Under the pieces are notes generated by a model. That model was not told the origin of the DNA. It made no database searches and saw only the letters and a program-made list of their open reading frames with translations. The position numbers were made by a program, and so were the translations under genes. A stretch of 61,315 nt of DNA, filler included, from Hausera hauseri (Eukaryota), in assembly GCA_046269625.1 (NCBI GenBank). It is 10 parts of 10 records of this genome, joined end to end, with 100 filler letters (N's around TTAATTAATTAA, not from the genome) between each part and the next. Parts side by side here need not be neighbours in the genome. Positions count along the whole stretch, not along the records: positions 5,240 to 13,593 come from JBJURY010674328.1; positions 13,694 to 23,449 come from JBJURY010294390.1; positions 23,550 to 28,019 come from JBJURY010565005.1; 7 more parts are not named here. The stretch is one strand, 5' to 3'. Below, piece after piece: positions 11,171 through 25,081 of this stretch; position 1 is the first letter of the stretch, and every line of letters begins with the position of its first letter.

Positions 11171-13593
11171 TAAAACATTTTAATGTTTTTTTAAATCATA
11201 ATCTTTCTTCTAAAAACATATTAACTTTCTCGGACACATTATTTCGGAAAATGGTCATTATCCTCATTCAGAAAGTGTTGAAGCTCTCAATAGTATACAA
11301 CTACCCCGAACAACAACTAAAATGAGGAGCTTTTTGGAACTTTGCACTTCGTTCACAAGTATGTGACGTACTGTTCTGAATTTACAGCACCATTTGCTCA
11401 CTTAATCAGTGGCAAAAAACATATGCCAATCCAATGGACATTTAACCTAGTTGATAAGTTTGATAAGCTCCGCGAAGGAATTAAGACAGTAAATATTCTC
11501 GTTATCCTCAAGCCTGATGCGGAACTCATCCTTACTACAGACGCTTCAACCACTGCGGTAAGTGGTATGATTTACCAAATACACAAAGGAGAAAATGAAC
11601 CACTAGAATTTTTTTGTGGTAAGCTAACATACCCTGAACCTCGATATTAAACGTTCGATCGAGAATTATTGAGCATAGTTCTCGCTTCAAAGCGTTTCTC
11701 TCACCTACGTGTCGCTCGCCGTTTTACCATACAAATCGATCACAAGTTCTTGCTAAACATCATGACTATAAAATATCTATCCTCACGCCAAGAACGACAG
11801 ATATCATATCTGTTGATATTTAAATTTGACATTAAACATATTAACGGGGGTAATAATTTGGTTGCCGATTTCCTATCTAGGACGGTTGGATCGATTAACT
11901 TTTCACCAATCTTCTCTCAAGTATAACTTCAACAGAACCAGCCACCAAAGGACATGCTTAATTCTTTTACGTCTTACACAATTGTTGACGGCGTGGTTTT
12001 AGACACTTCCAAGCCAGGTCTTTATGTAATAATTTTCGCACCACCTTTACAACGGCAAGCGTTTAACAGTGTACATTCACTGCACCATCCTGGTACTAAG
12101 GCAATTTTTCGCTTATTCCACTGGCAAGTAATATGGCCGACTATGCGTTCTGATGTGCAAGCGTGAGTTAAGGAGTGTGTGGTTGACAGAAATTTAAAAT
12201 CACTAAATATTTGAAATCACCACTATATCATTTCCACTGCACATCACGTTTCGAGTCTGTTCATGTTGATCTCGTTGGCCCTCTTCCTCCTGACAACGGT
12301 CATCAGTTAATTTTGACAATGATGGATCGTTTCTCACGTTGGCCAGAATCTGTTCCACTACGGAGCACAAACATGGACACAATAGCCGACGTTTCTATAC
12401 GTACTTGGATTAACAGATTTGGATCCACTAGATTCATTATTACAGACCAAGGTACTCAGTTTGAATACAATTTGTTTAAATTTCTTGTTAACCGATTAGA
12501 AATCAGCCATATACACACATCACCGTATCACCCCCAATCGAATAATCTTCTAGAGAGATTCCACAGAACACTAAAAACGTCACTGAGAATCCTCAAAGAA
12601 ACCAATAGCAGTTGGACTACTCTTCTTCCGCTGGTTCTTCTGGGTTGGCGCAACACCCCTTCTACTTCCACTGGTTGTTCACCTACGGAAGCCCTCTTCT
12701 GAACACCTATACGTTCATTATTTGAATTAACTGCCTTGGAAGACGCACCTACGGACAAAACTATTCGAACGGCACAGGACCATTTCCTCTCAGTCAGTAA
12801 AGTTTCATTCTGCAGGATAAGAAATAACAATAAAACGTACCTACTGGAAGATTTATACTCGGCAAAGTCCGTCTGGTTAAAAATCTAGACGCTTTGCGAT
12901 TTTCAACCACGGTATTTGGGGCCCTACAAATTCGTTCAATTGCATTCCCACAATGCCATTATTTCAAAAGACGGTAAAAAACTAGCGGTGCATGTCAACA
13001 ACGTAAAGCCTGCATTTTTCGTAGATGATACCCCAAATTGAACCTTTTATCCCCTTTTTGACTCCTCCACATTTTCCTCCTTCAGTTTGTTCACCACCTA
13101 CACCAATTTCCATGCCGATCCCTATTTCTACTTATCTACCAGAACCTCCTCCAATCTCCGATTCTACTACCCTAACAACTTTTACTCCCTCTTCTCCTAC
13201 ATATTATCCTCCATTTCCTTCCCCGTCTTTGTACGACACAACAACTAACACGACCAAATCCGATTTTATTGTATCTGAATCACGTCAACAAGCATGTTCA
13301 TAAACATTGAATATTCACAAATCAGTTACATTTAGTACCTATAGTAAGGCGATTAACACTGCAAAAGTACAACGTCTTACCAGCACAAAGACCACTTAGA
13401 CTGCTTGCACCGTTTCTACCCATTTTCTACTTTCCTACCACCCTAGTCTTTGCTTTGCCACGGGGGGGTCATTGTCTTTTCGTGCCGCAGTGTTTCATCC
13501 AGACCACAACAATTCGAATTTGTGGATCTCTGTTTCAGATTGAGAGATATTCTGATAATGTAACGACAAGCGATAATTGAAACAAAGTTCAAT
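11170..13593 (+). mobile_element. Degenerate Gypsy family A copy 2 (RT end, RNase H, integrase, Pro-rich tail, PPT, start of 3' LTR)
   Basis: LTTDAS, HVDLVGPLP, ITDQGTQFE, LERFHRTLK. PPT GCCACGGGGGGG at 13457-13468, then TGT at 13473. Collinear with copy 1. Confidence 0.95.
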
Positions 13594-13839
13594 NNNNNNN
13601 NNNNNNNNNNNNNNNNNNNNNNNNNNNNNNNNNNNNNTTAATTAATTAANNNNNNNNNNNNNNNNNNNNNNNNNNNNNNNNNNNNNNNNNNNNTCCGACC
13701 ATTGTGCTTTAGTTTTAGGAACATAAGAGGCAATTAATGATAATGCTAAAATTATCTGTACGTAGGATATTGGCCTATTAATTATAGGAGATGTCCTTGT
13801 TTTTCTTTTGTCTTGACTTGGCTTTAAACTATGATCTTT

Positions 13840-14888
13840 AGATCGTAAGTTATAACGTTTTTCCGGTTATTTTTCTGTTTTAACAACTCTTCATATAGGT
13901 AATACCTCTTCTTTGCCATTTTTAATAATGTAGACAGTAGTTGAAGTGGTTCGAATAATTTCATAAGGTCCTCGTCCTGTACGAGCAAGTTTTAACGACG
14001 TACCTTTCCTTGCGACTGGATAGTGTACATAAACCCAATTCCCTTTCTCTAAATCGTGAGGTATGGCTTTCTTATCATATTGCTTTTTAAACTGTTCTTG
14101 ATATTCGAAAATTAGCGTCCTTGTTATATCCCAACACTTTTGTAATCTCATTTGTAAACTTCCGCGAAATTTGGTTCTAAATCTTCTGGATTTGCATGGT
14201 ACGGAGTCATTCCTAAGTCCGTAGATAATATTGCTTCGCGTCCATACATCATAAAAAACGGTGTAAATCCTGTGGCGAGATGTGGAGTAGTATTGATAGC
14301 AAATTGTGTTCCTTCTAAAAATTCGTCCCAATCCTTTTGGTCCTTTGCGACTACGGTCGACAAGACCCGTAGAACTGTTGCGTTCATAGGTTCGACCATT
14401 CCGTTGCACTGAGGGTGATATGCGATAGTGGTCAGTCGTTCGATTTCAAAGATTTTGGAAATTCTATCACTCGTAAAATTTCTTCCTCTATCGGTTAATA
14501 TTTGATCGGGGGGTCCATATCTGCAAATAACTTTTCTCACTACTGCGTCTGCTAAGGTTTCTGCCTTCTGGTCAATTAGTGCTATTAATTCAACAAAATG
14601 TGTTAGTCTATCCACGCATGTCAAAATATATTTGTTATTTTTGTGAGTCGTAGGTAGGGGTCCTACTGTATCCATAGACATAGCTTGCATAGGCTTGTAT
14701 GGTACATTGATTTGTTTTAGTTCTGCTATATAGTTTTTCACCTTTTGTTTCGTCGCGCAGACTTCACAAGCGTCGACCCAGTTTTTCACATCGATATAAA
14801 CGTTCGGCCAGTAATACTTATTCAATATTCTTTCTAGTGTTTTCTTCCATGACGTGTGTCCAGCCAAATGTGATTCATGTTCGGCCAT
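13840..14888 (-). pseudogene. Gypsy integrase
   Basis: HESHLAGH..YYWP..CEVC zinc motif, MDTVGPLP, LTDRGRNF, YHPQCNGMVE, GPYEI and terminal RYNLRS. Confidence 0.95.
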
Positions 14889-15199
14889 TAATACTTACGT
14901 TCGTAATCCCTTTGGAATGACTACTAGTTTCCGTCCCTTTCGTTCGTAATATAAAATATTGTCTTGATTCGAATCATAATATTTATGCCCGTGTCTTTGT
15001 AAATGTTTCTTTAATTGGCGTCCTTTTGGTATTTCATTTAGCTCGGCAAATTATATTATTATTTGTTGAATAACCTTATTCTTGGCTTGTTCCGAAGAAA
15101 TTTTGATTGTTTTATTCAGTGTTAAGGTACGTTGTCGTTCTAGTATTTCTTCGAGTTGAACCTTCTTCATAGTATTAGTCGTACTTAACTTCGTCTTAA

Positions 15200-16444
15200 G
15201 TCTTGATTGTGCATCTGCGTCAATACGTTTACTTCCGCGTTTGTATTGAAATTCGATATTATATCGAGAGATTTCCTCGATCCACCGATTTAGTCTACAC
15301 GTCGGGTTATTGGCCCGCCCTTTAACGTTGTAACAGCCTTGTGATCGGTAACTATAATAATTTTCTACCCGTAGACATAGACATTAAAGTGCCTTAGAGC
15401 TTCTTTTACGGCTAATGTCTCTAGTTCAGTAACTGAATAACTTTTCTCGGCTTTCTTCAGCGATCGTCCTCCATATGCAATCGGATGTTCCAATTCTTCA
15501 TCTCGTTTCTGAGCCAATTCGTAACCAATTCCATCTTTACTTGCGTCTGTTTTAATTATAAATGGTAAATTAAAATAGGGATATCTTAACACTGGTTCAC
15601 TTGTTAGAATTTTCTTCATTTCATCGAACGCTTTTTGTTCGATATCGGTCCATTTCCACTTGCGCCCTTTTTTCAATAGTCGATATAATGGTTCATTTAT
15701 TTTCGAATTGTCTGGCACATAAGTGGCATAGTACCCACATAAGCCTAACCAATGTCTTAATTCTTTCTGATTTTGGGGTTCTATACAATCCGATATTTTG
15801 CTCAGTAGAGATTTATATGGCTTCGACCCTCCTTCTCCGACTATATGTCCAAGGTAAGACACCGCATTTTGCGCCCATTTACATTTCTTAGGGTTCAGTT
15901 TCAATCCTGTCTGTTCCAAACACATAAGAGTATCTTCGATGTCCTTTAGGTGTTCTGTTTTCGATGCTATCATTACATCATCTGAATAGGCGAACGCGTG
16001 ATCGAGTCCCATTAGCATTTTATTCATCATTCTGAATATAGCTGGGCCGGTTGTTATACCGAACGGCATGACATTAAATTCGTAAACTCCGTCATGTGTT
16101 TTAAACGCCGTTTTATAACGATCATCTTCAATTTCCACTTGCCAATATCCGGATTGTAAATCCAGTGTGGTAAACCACTTTGTTCCTGATAATCTGTCTA
16201 ATGCTTCCTGTACTGATGGTAGTGAAAACGAGTCCTTCATGATAAGCGTGTTCAAGGCTCGGTAATCTATACAGAATCGATGTTTAGTGGCACTTTTTTT
16301 CTTGATCATAAGTATTGGTAAGTACCAAGACCGGTAGCTTGGTCGTATTATGTCGGCTTTCAACATACGTTCTACCTCTTTCGTTATCTCGGGCCTTAAC
16401 AAATGAGGCGGTGGGTACCATTTAGACATCTTTTGCTCTTCCAA
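15200..16444 (-). pseudogene. Gypsy reverse transcriptase and RNase H
   Basis: RFCIDYRALN, LDLQSGYWQV, MPFG, AYSDDVMI, KTDASKDGIG, YSVTELETLAV. Confidence 0.96.
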
Positions 16445-17039
16445 ACCAATTTCGTCATTGGAGCCAAGTTTCTTTTTTAATGGAATGGTTAATCTTAAGG
16501 TTTTTGCTCTACCTATATCTTCATTTTAGGCAATAATCGACTTATATTTGCATAGTAATTCGTAAAATTGGCAGTATGCTTCTGGTGAAAATTTCATTTC
16601 AACACGAGGTGGAAACTCAATAAATTTGTACGGTTTTTCTTCGATTGTTATTGCCGATATCTTACAAGTATGGCCCAACGTAGTATTGACATACAACCTT
16701 ACGGGGGTTGGTGCATTATTCACTAACCTAATCGGTACTCGTCCCGTCGTCACTCTTGTTAATACGTTAGTGAATGATATTGAGGTTAACGTCTTCTTGT
16801 GGCTCAAAGTAAACTGGTTGGTCGTCTTCCCGAATTTGAGCATAAATTAACATTTCGGTTCTGGGCGGAATATTTTCGTCGACGGGAATCCATACTTCTA
16901 GTTTCTTTTCTTTCACTGTTTTAATCCCTTTCACTGGCCCCAGTTCCAGTAGTTTCCCTGTATGTAATTTATTGCGATATTGGGTAATTGTTTCAGTATA
17001 TCGCATCCTAACACTACATCATCGGTTAGTTGATCCATT

Positions 17040-17387
17040 ATGGCAAACTGGTGTCGAAGAATTTGACCCATTCATTGAAGTAAGGGACTCCACTTAAATT
17101 TCGGTTTTGATTCCTGCCCGAAGGCTCCTATGCTACTTGGATCTGACGACGATGCTGGCTGCATTTGTTTTCGGTGTAGGCTGTATTGATTCTAACTTAA
17201 TAAACGATTTTTCCGATCCGGTGTCGATTAAGGCATAGATTTCCCAATCCTCAATGGTAACTTTTGTGAAGGGTCTCCTTTCCATAACTGTTCCATAACA
17301 ATTTGACACGTCCTTTGGTCGTTTAATTGAAGAAATCTTGTGTCCGTTTATTGTTATCTCTAGTGATGAAATGATGTTTTCGGTCAA
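17040..17387 (-). pseudogene. Retropepsin-type aspartic protease
   Basis: IYALIDTGSEKSFI. Confidence 0.9.
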
Positions 17388-17899
17388 CTGTTTCAGTTCG
17401 TTAGAGTATAAATCATTAATTGCTATGCTACCTGCATTGTTCTTGTGCTATTGGATTTCGGAGCGATTCCGATCCTTGTGTTCCCCAAAATGTTGATCTT
17501 GACTCTACTACGAGTTATTCTTGGTGAGTACAATATTTTATGGTCATCTTCCGCTCGTCGCTGATTAGTGATTTGCATTTTCTTCAATACTCCGCATTGA
17601 TTTGTTCCTTCATGAGGGTCTTCATAGCTGAAGGGTTTCCGATGGATTTCCGATTTCTATGACATCATATATGTTCTGTAGCAATCTTCGTATATTGGAG
17701 CTGTCGGCGGCATGATGGGTAAAGGTGCCTTAATTACTGTATACATTTTGTGCCTATTCGGTCTGAGGATTGCTTCTCCTTCATTAGGCTCGTCATCATG
17801 GGAGTTCTCTTTGTGTAATAAATTTCTTAGCTTTGCGTTTCTATAGAAATGTAGGTCTCGCTCGTCGTTTGTAATTATGGTAGCCGACATGGCGTTCAA

Positions 17900-19710
17900 C
17901 GTCATTTCTCCACCGATTTTCTTCGTACGCTTTGAGCATTTTGCCGAACGGTGATAACTGCGGTTAAAATCTTGCAGGAAAATCCTGTTAACGTGAATAT
18001 TTCGTATCCATTTATAACCGCCTGAATTACTGCCTTTATTAACTGTATCAAGAAATAAATTACTAAAAATCCGGATGCGGCTTATCCAAAAATTAAAAAT
18101 CTTCCCCATATTTTGTAGAGTATTTCTGTGGTCACCCTTTGGTAATGATTCACACCGAGTAAAGATTCCCATTTAGCCTGATATCGGGTATCATCTACCA
18201 CTGATGCCATGGCTAGGTTTAATTCGTGTGTCCGCTGCCGTGGAAAAGCGAGAAATTGTCGAAAAGCTTCGATCTCTTGGTCTGTAAATGCCCTTTTGTA
18301 ACGTATCTTGGAACTTGTCATCGGTAATCTCTAGCTAAATTAGTTCGCTAAATTAGAACCGTAGTGACACCTCCGTTAGGTAAACTAACCCAATCCGTTT
18401 CGCTACGTCTAAACATTGGTTCTCCCAAACTTGCTGTGTTGTCCAGCAACACCCTAGTAAGGGGCATGGCTAAGCGTGGAGTGTTCCGATAAATCACAGG
18501 GAGCTCTTGTATACATCATTTTTCTTCGACATTAATTGGTACGTCTCTTTTCTCACACTCATGTCAGTAGAACTTCGCCAGTAACTCGACCAAAGATTCC
18601 TTTCCTCATGGGAATAATTGGTGAGGCTAGCTCAGGGTTTATTAAATAAGAGCTATTTTTGTCCTCATAATTTCCGTATCTAATTTGCAATCATTAGTTA
18701 TCATTTTATAGTACAGTTCAGCTATGCCGACTTGTCCTTTATAATAAAAATAATCGTCCCGGTTTTTCAGATAATCCTCAATTCGAATGTCCTGCGTTTC
18801 TAAGTTATGTTTTCGCGTTTATCTCCGTTTCTGCGACGAAAAATGCTTCGTAGTTAGAGGTGAACATTACTACTTCATAATGTGAAATCATTTCTTTTTT
18901 ATGAATTTCAGTTCATGTTGATCAGAGATTAGTATCGTAGGTGTATGATGTTCTGATACGTCTTCGCGTGCTCTTGAACTGACATCGGATTTGTCTATGT
19001 ATCTATTCCCGGTGGTTTCATTAAATTTCAGTTCCTTAATCCTAATAAAATTACAGCCTTTTCCGGAGGGCGGTTCCCATATTACGACAGAACTTCTAAA
19101 GGGACAGGTTCCGTCCTGTATGTGGCATTTCTGGTTCTCGGTGTATAGCTTAGTGACAATATGGAACATCACTTTCTGAACTCGCATTTCTAATTCGTAA
19201 AAGTCTACTACTACGTTTGTTTCCAACCCTTTTCCAGTGTCGTATTCCGTTCCACTACACTGCCCATTATGCATATCTAGTCTTCCGACTACAATCTTAT
19301 ATGCTCTAATTATTTTTCCGGGCTGCATCTCTAGTTCCATATCCCATTTTAGTCTTCCGGTTTCTCGAGCCTGTTTGCAGTGTTGTCTCTCCAAATTCAT
19401 TGGAATTGGAGGGGTCGTCGGTTTGATTATCGAGGAATGTCCATGCATTAATCCACAATGGAAAATGCTACGAGATCTTCTCAGCATACACTCCATGCCG
19501 TCCAAAGATATCAACTCTTGTTGTTAGTACAGGAAGTAACTCTTCTCCTTTGTTTCCAATGTATATGGTCTGGCATCTTCACATGCTTCTAAGTCGATTA
19601 GTGAATATTTTTGTCCAAGCTTGAATCTATCAGTCATAGACAGTAACAACACCCGTCTGTTTTATTAACATCATTATGGTGAATAACCTGATTAACCAAT
19701 TAGATTCATT
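17900..19710 (-). pseudogene. Env-like glycoprotein related to chuvirus-type glycoproteins, disrupted
   Basis: Signal peptide WLIRLFTIMMLIKQTGVVTVYD, then GQKYSLIDLEAC, ECMLRRSRSIFHCGLMHGHSS, CKQARETG, GQCSGTEY, CHIQDGTC..VIWE, FTDQEIEAFRQFLAFP and a C-terminal TM (FG*AASGFLVIYFLIQLIKAVIQAVINGYEIF). Confidence 0.8.
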
Positions 19711-20411
19711 CTTTCGGTTATTATCCGTCATTGTCACGTTCGGCAAGATGTCTTCGAGCCTATTGTTACTATTGGTCCTTTTTCTTCCTTATCATATAAT
19801 CTTGGACAATTTACTTCGCAAGGGAGCTTTCTAGCCTCTTTCCGTACCAAACTTGTAGCTCGGTTAAATTCACTTTCTCTATTTGGGTTTGTCTTGATTG
19901 CCAAGTACAATAATACTTTCCTTAGCTCTTCTGTCGTATTCTCCACCATAATTTTCTCAACTACTGCGTAGTCAGTTAAGGTATTCTTAGATAACTTGAA
20001 ACGTTAACTTCTCATAATCCTAGCTGAATTAATTATTGCTTCTTCTTTATCATCTAATGCATCTCCTCGAAGGCTTGAATAATTTACAATACGTATTAAA
20101 TTCCTCATTAGTTCATTTAATTCTTCATTATCAGTACTGAAAGTGGGAATTGACATTTGTCTCAATTCTATAATCAATTCTCCGTTATAGTCCGCTTCTT
20201 CTCGGGCTTTTCTAGGCTTACCGACTGGGCGTTTTGGTCTTGGGGCATTAGTCATTATTCCACTCAATGACACTAAATTCTTATCGTATTGTTCCTTGTC
20301 TTCATCCATTTGTAAATACTCGAAATTCATCACAGCACCTCTTACTCCTGTGATTTGTCATACGCATTGCTCCGTCTTAGCCTTACGCGTGGCTTCTTTT
20401 GTCTGCTCATT

Positions 20412-20630
20412 ATCTACTACTACAACTATTCGATTTGTTTCACCGGGAATAATTCTGACGTCTATTAACTGTTCTAGATCGTCGAGTATTCTTCCTCTAA
20501 AGTAAAATCTGTAATTTAGCTCATCTGTTCCGCCATTCTTTAATAACCATTCTCTTATGTCCTTTACATAAGTGTAGTTAACTCACATTCCTTCTCTTCC
20601 ATCCAGTCGGATGATATCATCACTTTCATC
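20412..20630 (-). pseudogene. Ubiquitin-like domain within the element polyprotein
   Basis: Manual translation: MKVMISSDWM...TYVKDIREWLLKNGGTDELNYRFYFRGRILDDLEQLIDVRIIPGETNRIVVVV (one frameshift). This fits the ubiquitin RLIFxGKxLxD pattern. Confidence 0.75.
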
Positions 20631-22118
20631 GTTGCCTCAGGTTTAGCCCTCAAGATGTTCGCATACTTCTTTATCAAAAGTTTCGGCACCACGCTGTAAA
20701 TTTTATTCTCACTAGATAATTTAGTCAAAGTCGGAATAAGTCTAAGCTTATTTTCAGAAATGTTTACGTTAATTAGTTCAGTTAATTCCTCTTCAGTTGG
20801 CACTGAGTCCAGCAGCACATCCACGTTAAATTTCCTGTTCTGCAAATACATTTCTATTTCATTCAGCTGTACCAGAGTTAACGGATTTTCGGCCGTTATT
20901 GTTTCTAAATAAGCATCCCATTCGGGTTCATTTCAAATATCTGGGAGTCCATAGTCTACTAAAGCTGTGTTCTTTCTTTGCACATTTTCTCGAATTTCTT
21001 TCAATTTTGGTTGTATTTCTTTCATCTGTGTAGTCCGGAAACCTATTCCGTTTCCACAGTCATATTGAATCAGTTTCAGTAGTTCGCCTAATTCATTAGA
21101 ATTGATGAATCCCTTCAGGTGATAATCGGTTAGTTCAATAATTACGTCTCTTTGCCATAGCTGCACAAATTCTCGCTTATTTTTGATTTCTGATTCCGTA
21201 AAAGCATATTTATTTCGGTAGTTTTCAAACTCTTACTAGTTCATCTAACGTCGTTGCTCTTTGTTTCGTTCAGATGCACGTTTCTTCAACTTGTTGTAAT
21301 TTGGGCATCAATTGTCTCATCTTCTCATCGTTAATCTCCGCCATTTCTACCAATAAGTAGGCTACATCTCATTTATAATTTTTGAGTCGGGGTCCATTGC
21401 ATCCAGCAATTTCTTAACGAACTTAGATTCTTCGAAACTAAGACGTTGGTCGTTTCGTATTTTCGTCAATTCGGTATGACAATTCTGATCTGTACCGGCC
21501 ATCCATTCTTGTGGTTTGTGCAAGAATCTTACTGCTTCTGCTAGAGCTGCTCTATGTTCTGGACAAATATCTAGGATTTCGATATCCTGGATTGAAATCT
21601 CGTCGATAGGTTTATCCGTTAAATGTTGGATTCCGGTTGTCTTAATTCGATTGCTTCATCGAGCTTTCCTTCGCTGCATAATTTTAAGCTTTTATATAGT
21701 TTCTCTGCAAATTGTTGCTCTTTACCAGATATATCTGTTTGTTTACTGATGTTTAAGTTTTTCTAAATTGTGTCGGAGTATTTCTGGATCGTGATATCTA
21801 ATTCTCATTCTCTTTAGTTCGTCGGCCTTCTTCCATGAACGTCAAACTTTCCATTTTCTCTCATCAAAATCATTACTATCTTCCGTTTCTTCCTTAATGG
21901 CGGGAAGCGGACAAATTTCATTGATTTCGTCATTAATGTTTCGTCATCACTTTCAATTTCATCTGTCGTTTTGTCTGGGTTATACTTTTCGGCCTCTGCG
22001 TCTAAATCTACATTCTGAGATACCGTTGGTTTCTCTGAATGGGCTATTCCTTACGGAATAGACTTCTTGTGCGCCATAATTTATTATTTGGTGCGAGTGC
22101 ATATTCTTCGGTTTGCGG

Positions 22119-23449
22119 TTATCTTAGTCCTTGATAGACTTCCATTAGTCGTAATTTCTCTTCATATTCTTTTCTAGCTTTTATGACTTGAGGATTAGTA
22201 GTTTCACCTAGATTCCTTACAGACCTAGGCAGGCCTTGCATTTCAATAATCATGCATATATCACCTCGTTTACCATAGATAGCTTCTAAGTTATTTTTAA
22301 TAATACTTCTTTTGTTCGGTTCATTAAATGCGACACTTCTGGGATTTGGACATGACCTAGCAATATGCCCTTCTTTACCACATGTAAAGCAAATTAAATT
22401 CCAATTTCGACCAATCCGTTGTCTGCCATCTTCATTCACAGGTGATTTTGATCTGTTTATATTCTTATTTTGATTATGTGGTATTTGTCTGTTATCTCCG
22501 TCATACTTGTTTTCATTACTACGATTATCCGTGTATTTATTATTTAGTCGGTAACTACATTGGTTCCTATCGGGATTATAGCCCGGTTTACTATATGAGT
22601 TGAATGTATTCCGATTATTACTAAAATTTCTATTGTCTCTTTGATTCCTGTTCCTATTATCAAAACCTCGGTTTCGGGTATTATCATTAAATCGTCTGTT
22701 GTCTTGGTTCTCGTTTCTATTCCGATTATTACGGTCTGTTCCTTTCGTATTTGTCACCTTGTTTGGCATCTCTCCAATGCCATCACTAGGTCCTGAGCTA
22801 ATTGTAGCGTTTTCTCAAAATTGTCGGGTCTGGCCAAAATTAACTGTTTAACTAGATCTCTTGACCATATTCCACTTATTAACTGAGTTGTCATCATGAC
22901 GTATAAATCTGGCGGGGTCGCCTTTTCCGTAGCATCGCGTTCTGCGTCTGTTTTAGCTTTTGCTACGTTAGCTATTCTCAAGGTACTTACATAGCTATTA
23001 GCGAGTTTCTTCAATGCAAATGCAAACTGGGTTACCAATTCACCCTTCTGTTGCACTCTGTTTTGAAATGCCATAAGTTTCTGTTGTGGCGTTACTGTTG
23101 GCAATAATTTACGGTTCAATGCTCCTACCAAGTAGGACCAAGATTTCTTCTCATCATTAGTGAGCTCGTTATAAGCATCAGCGGCTAAATTCTTTAAATA
23201 TAATGATAAACGTTTTATCGTTACTTCAGGAGTGAGACTAGCACCTTCTGCGTGCAATTTATAAGTTCTCAAAAAGTCGTTTAGTCCATCTGGGTCACCA
23301 TCGTATGCCGGCAGATTCAAGGAATAAAATGTAAAGATGTCAAGCTTCTGTGCTACGGCTGGATTATATGCAGCCGTGTTTGCTTCATTCTTATAAGGTT
23401 TATTGTTTAGCTGAGGAAGTTTAAACTTACCGTTTTGTTCGACGTTAGT
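22119..23449 (-). pseudogene. Gag (capsid-like domain, Asn/Arg-rich linker, CCHC zinc knuckle), frameshifted near 22760
   Basis: LPAYDGDP..FL..Y, YLKNLAADAY, RVQQKGELVTQF..ALKKLA, CFTCGKEGHIARSC. Confidence 0.92.
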
Positions 23450-25081
23450 NNNNNNNNNNNNNNNNNNNNNNNNNNNNNNNNNNNNNNNNNNNNTTAATTA
23501 ATTAANNNNNNNNNNNNNNNNNNNNNNNNNNNNNNNNNNNNNNNNNNNNATCCTTTTTTGAATTTCTTGACTTTATATTGGCTATTTATTGAATTGACTT
23601 TGAATTGAATTTAAACACTAATATTCGTTTAAATTCCTCCTCACGATAATGACTGCTAGCACTAATCATGTTCAATGTGACAGCATTTACAGAATATTTG
23701 GGTAAAAACCTAATATTATTTTGGTACAAACCTATGCCCACTGATGATGTACTTTGAATCAGATTAATGGCAAAAGAAATATCGATCTTGTGAATTCCAC
23801 AAGAAATTAAATGTCGTGTTGTTGTATATTCGTGGATTTAATGACAAAGTAAATATCATGTTTTATATACTTGCAGATTTAAATCTGCTTTAACTATTTT
23901 CGGAGTGGGTAAATATTAACCTGTTTTTGGCAAGTTTAATAGAAAAGGTAATATGAACATCAAATCATTCTCAGTTACTTTTGGATTTTAGATATAAATA
24001 TATACGAACTTCATGACAAGATAAACATTGATTTAATTTAGGGATTTTAGGATTGACTTGATAATAAAGGGACTTTTGGGTTAACCCGATCATCCTGTTG
24101 TAGCAAACTAGTCAACCTGAATTTATTACGTCTAGATATAGTGGGAATACACATATTCAACTCCACTGATATTCCAAAAGGGAAATAAGCTTAGCATGAT
24201 TAATAAGGAATCGTTTTGAATGGTGGTAAGCGGGATGAATAATTAATCACATGAATAAGAGCAAATCACTCATTAATTTAAGGCATTAGTTCTAGCAATC
24301 CCGCCAAGCTGCCTTTAACGGAACTAATTACCGAGCCTGGCGAAGCGAATTGTTACGGGTAAGTAACGGATGCTTATTAAAATGTCTCAACCAGTGAGCT
24401 GAAATCCGTCGACCTAAGAAGTGAATCATGAGTACCAATATGGAGCCTCAATTCCTGATGTACAAGTAGTAATCGAATATGATTAGTTAACTTTGTGAGA
24501 AATAGATGATACGCGCTACCAATACAATTTCCAACAATCCATTATCGAAGTATGAGGGCGCAGATCAACCATGGTTGCTGGACCGCCACATGAACTCACC
24601 ACCTTCCGATATTCGCATCTATCTGTTTCACAATGCCTACTCCTCCGAAGATTCGATCGAGCATTCTTCTTTATATGTTGGTCCAATTAATCGGGAACAC
24701 AATATGGACAACACATAAATTGGTGCCCGAGTGAGTAATTCACTCAATGTAGTAAAAAATTAAATGGATAGAGTTAAACAAAACCCTATAGTTGAAACAA
24801 AGAAGTATATCTAGAGTTCACGAAGGAAATGAAATGTTTTATTGAAGCAGTAGGAAGAACCTAATAAAAAGAATTCTCAAACCAGAAAAAAGAAAAACAA
24901 AGATAATACACCACAAAGCACCAAAATCATCCCATAACAGAATACATAATATTAAAAAATTGGAATCGGTAATGATAGTGGCTGTACGAATATCGTTACT
25001 GTACCCGCAGTTTTGCCTTAGCGTTAAAGAAAATTTAGATTTCGAATACAATGAGTCATGTTATTATAAGTATCCATTATA

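Larger units (their letters stand above)
13694..23449 (-). mobile_element. Large degenerate Ty3/Gypsy element with gag - accessory domains - env - pol order (family B copy 1)
   Basis: Continuous minus-strand series: Gag, CCHC knuckle, coiled-coil region, Ubl, AT-hook, glycoprotein, PR, RT, RNase H, IN. Both ends are cut by linkers. Confidence 0.9.

Noticed and set aside
16526-17006. dUTPase between protease and RT
   Set aside because: Only the generic beta-rich spacer (VPIRLVN..VRLY..TTLG) common in Gypsy pol is present, with no dUTPase catalytic motifs.
24721-24735. PBS upstream of the RING cluster
   Set aside because: I cannot assign TGGTGCCCGAGTGAG to a tRNA with confidence, and no gag follows. 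It is mentioned only as a weak hint.
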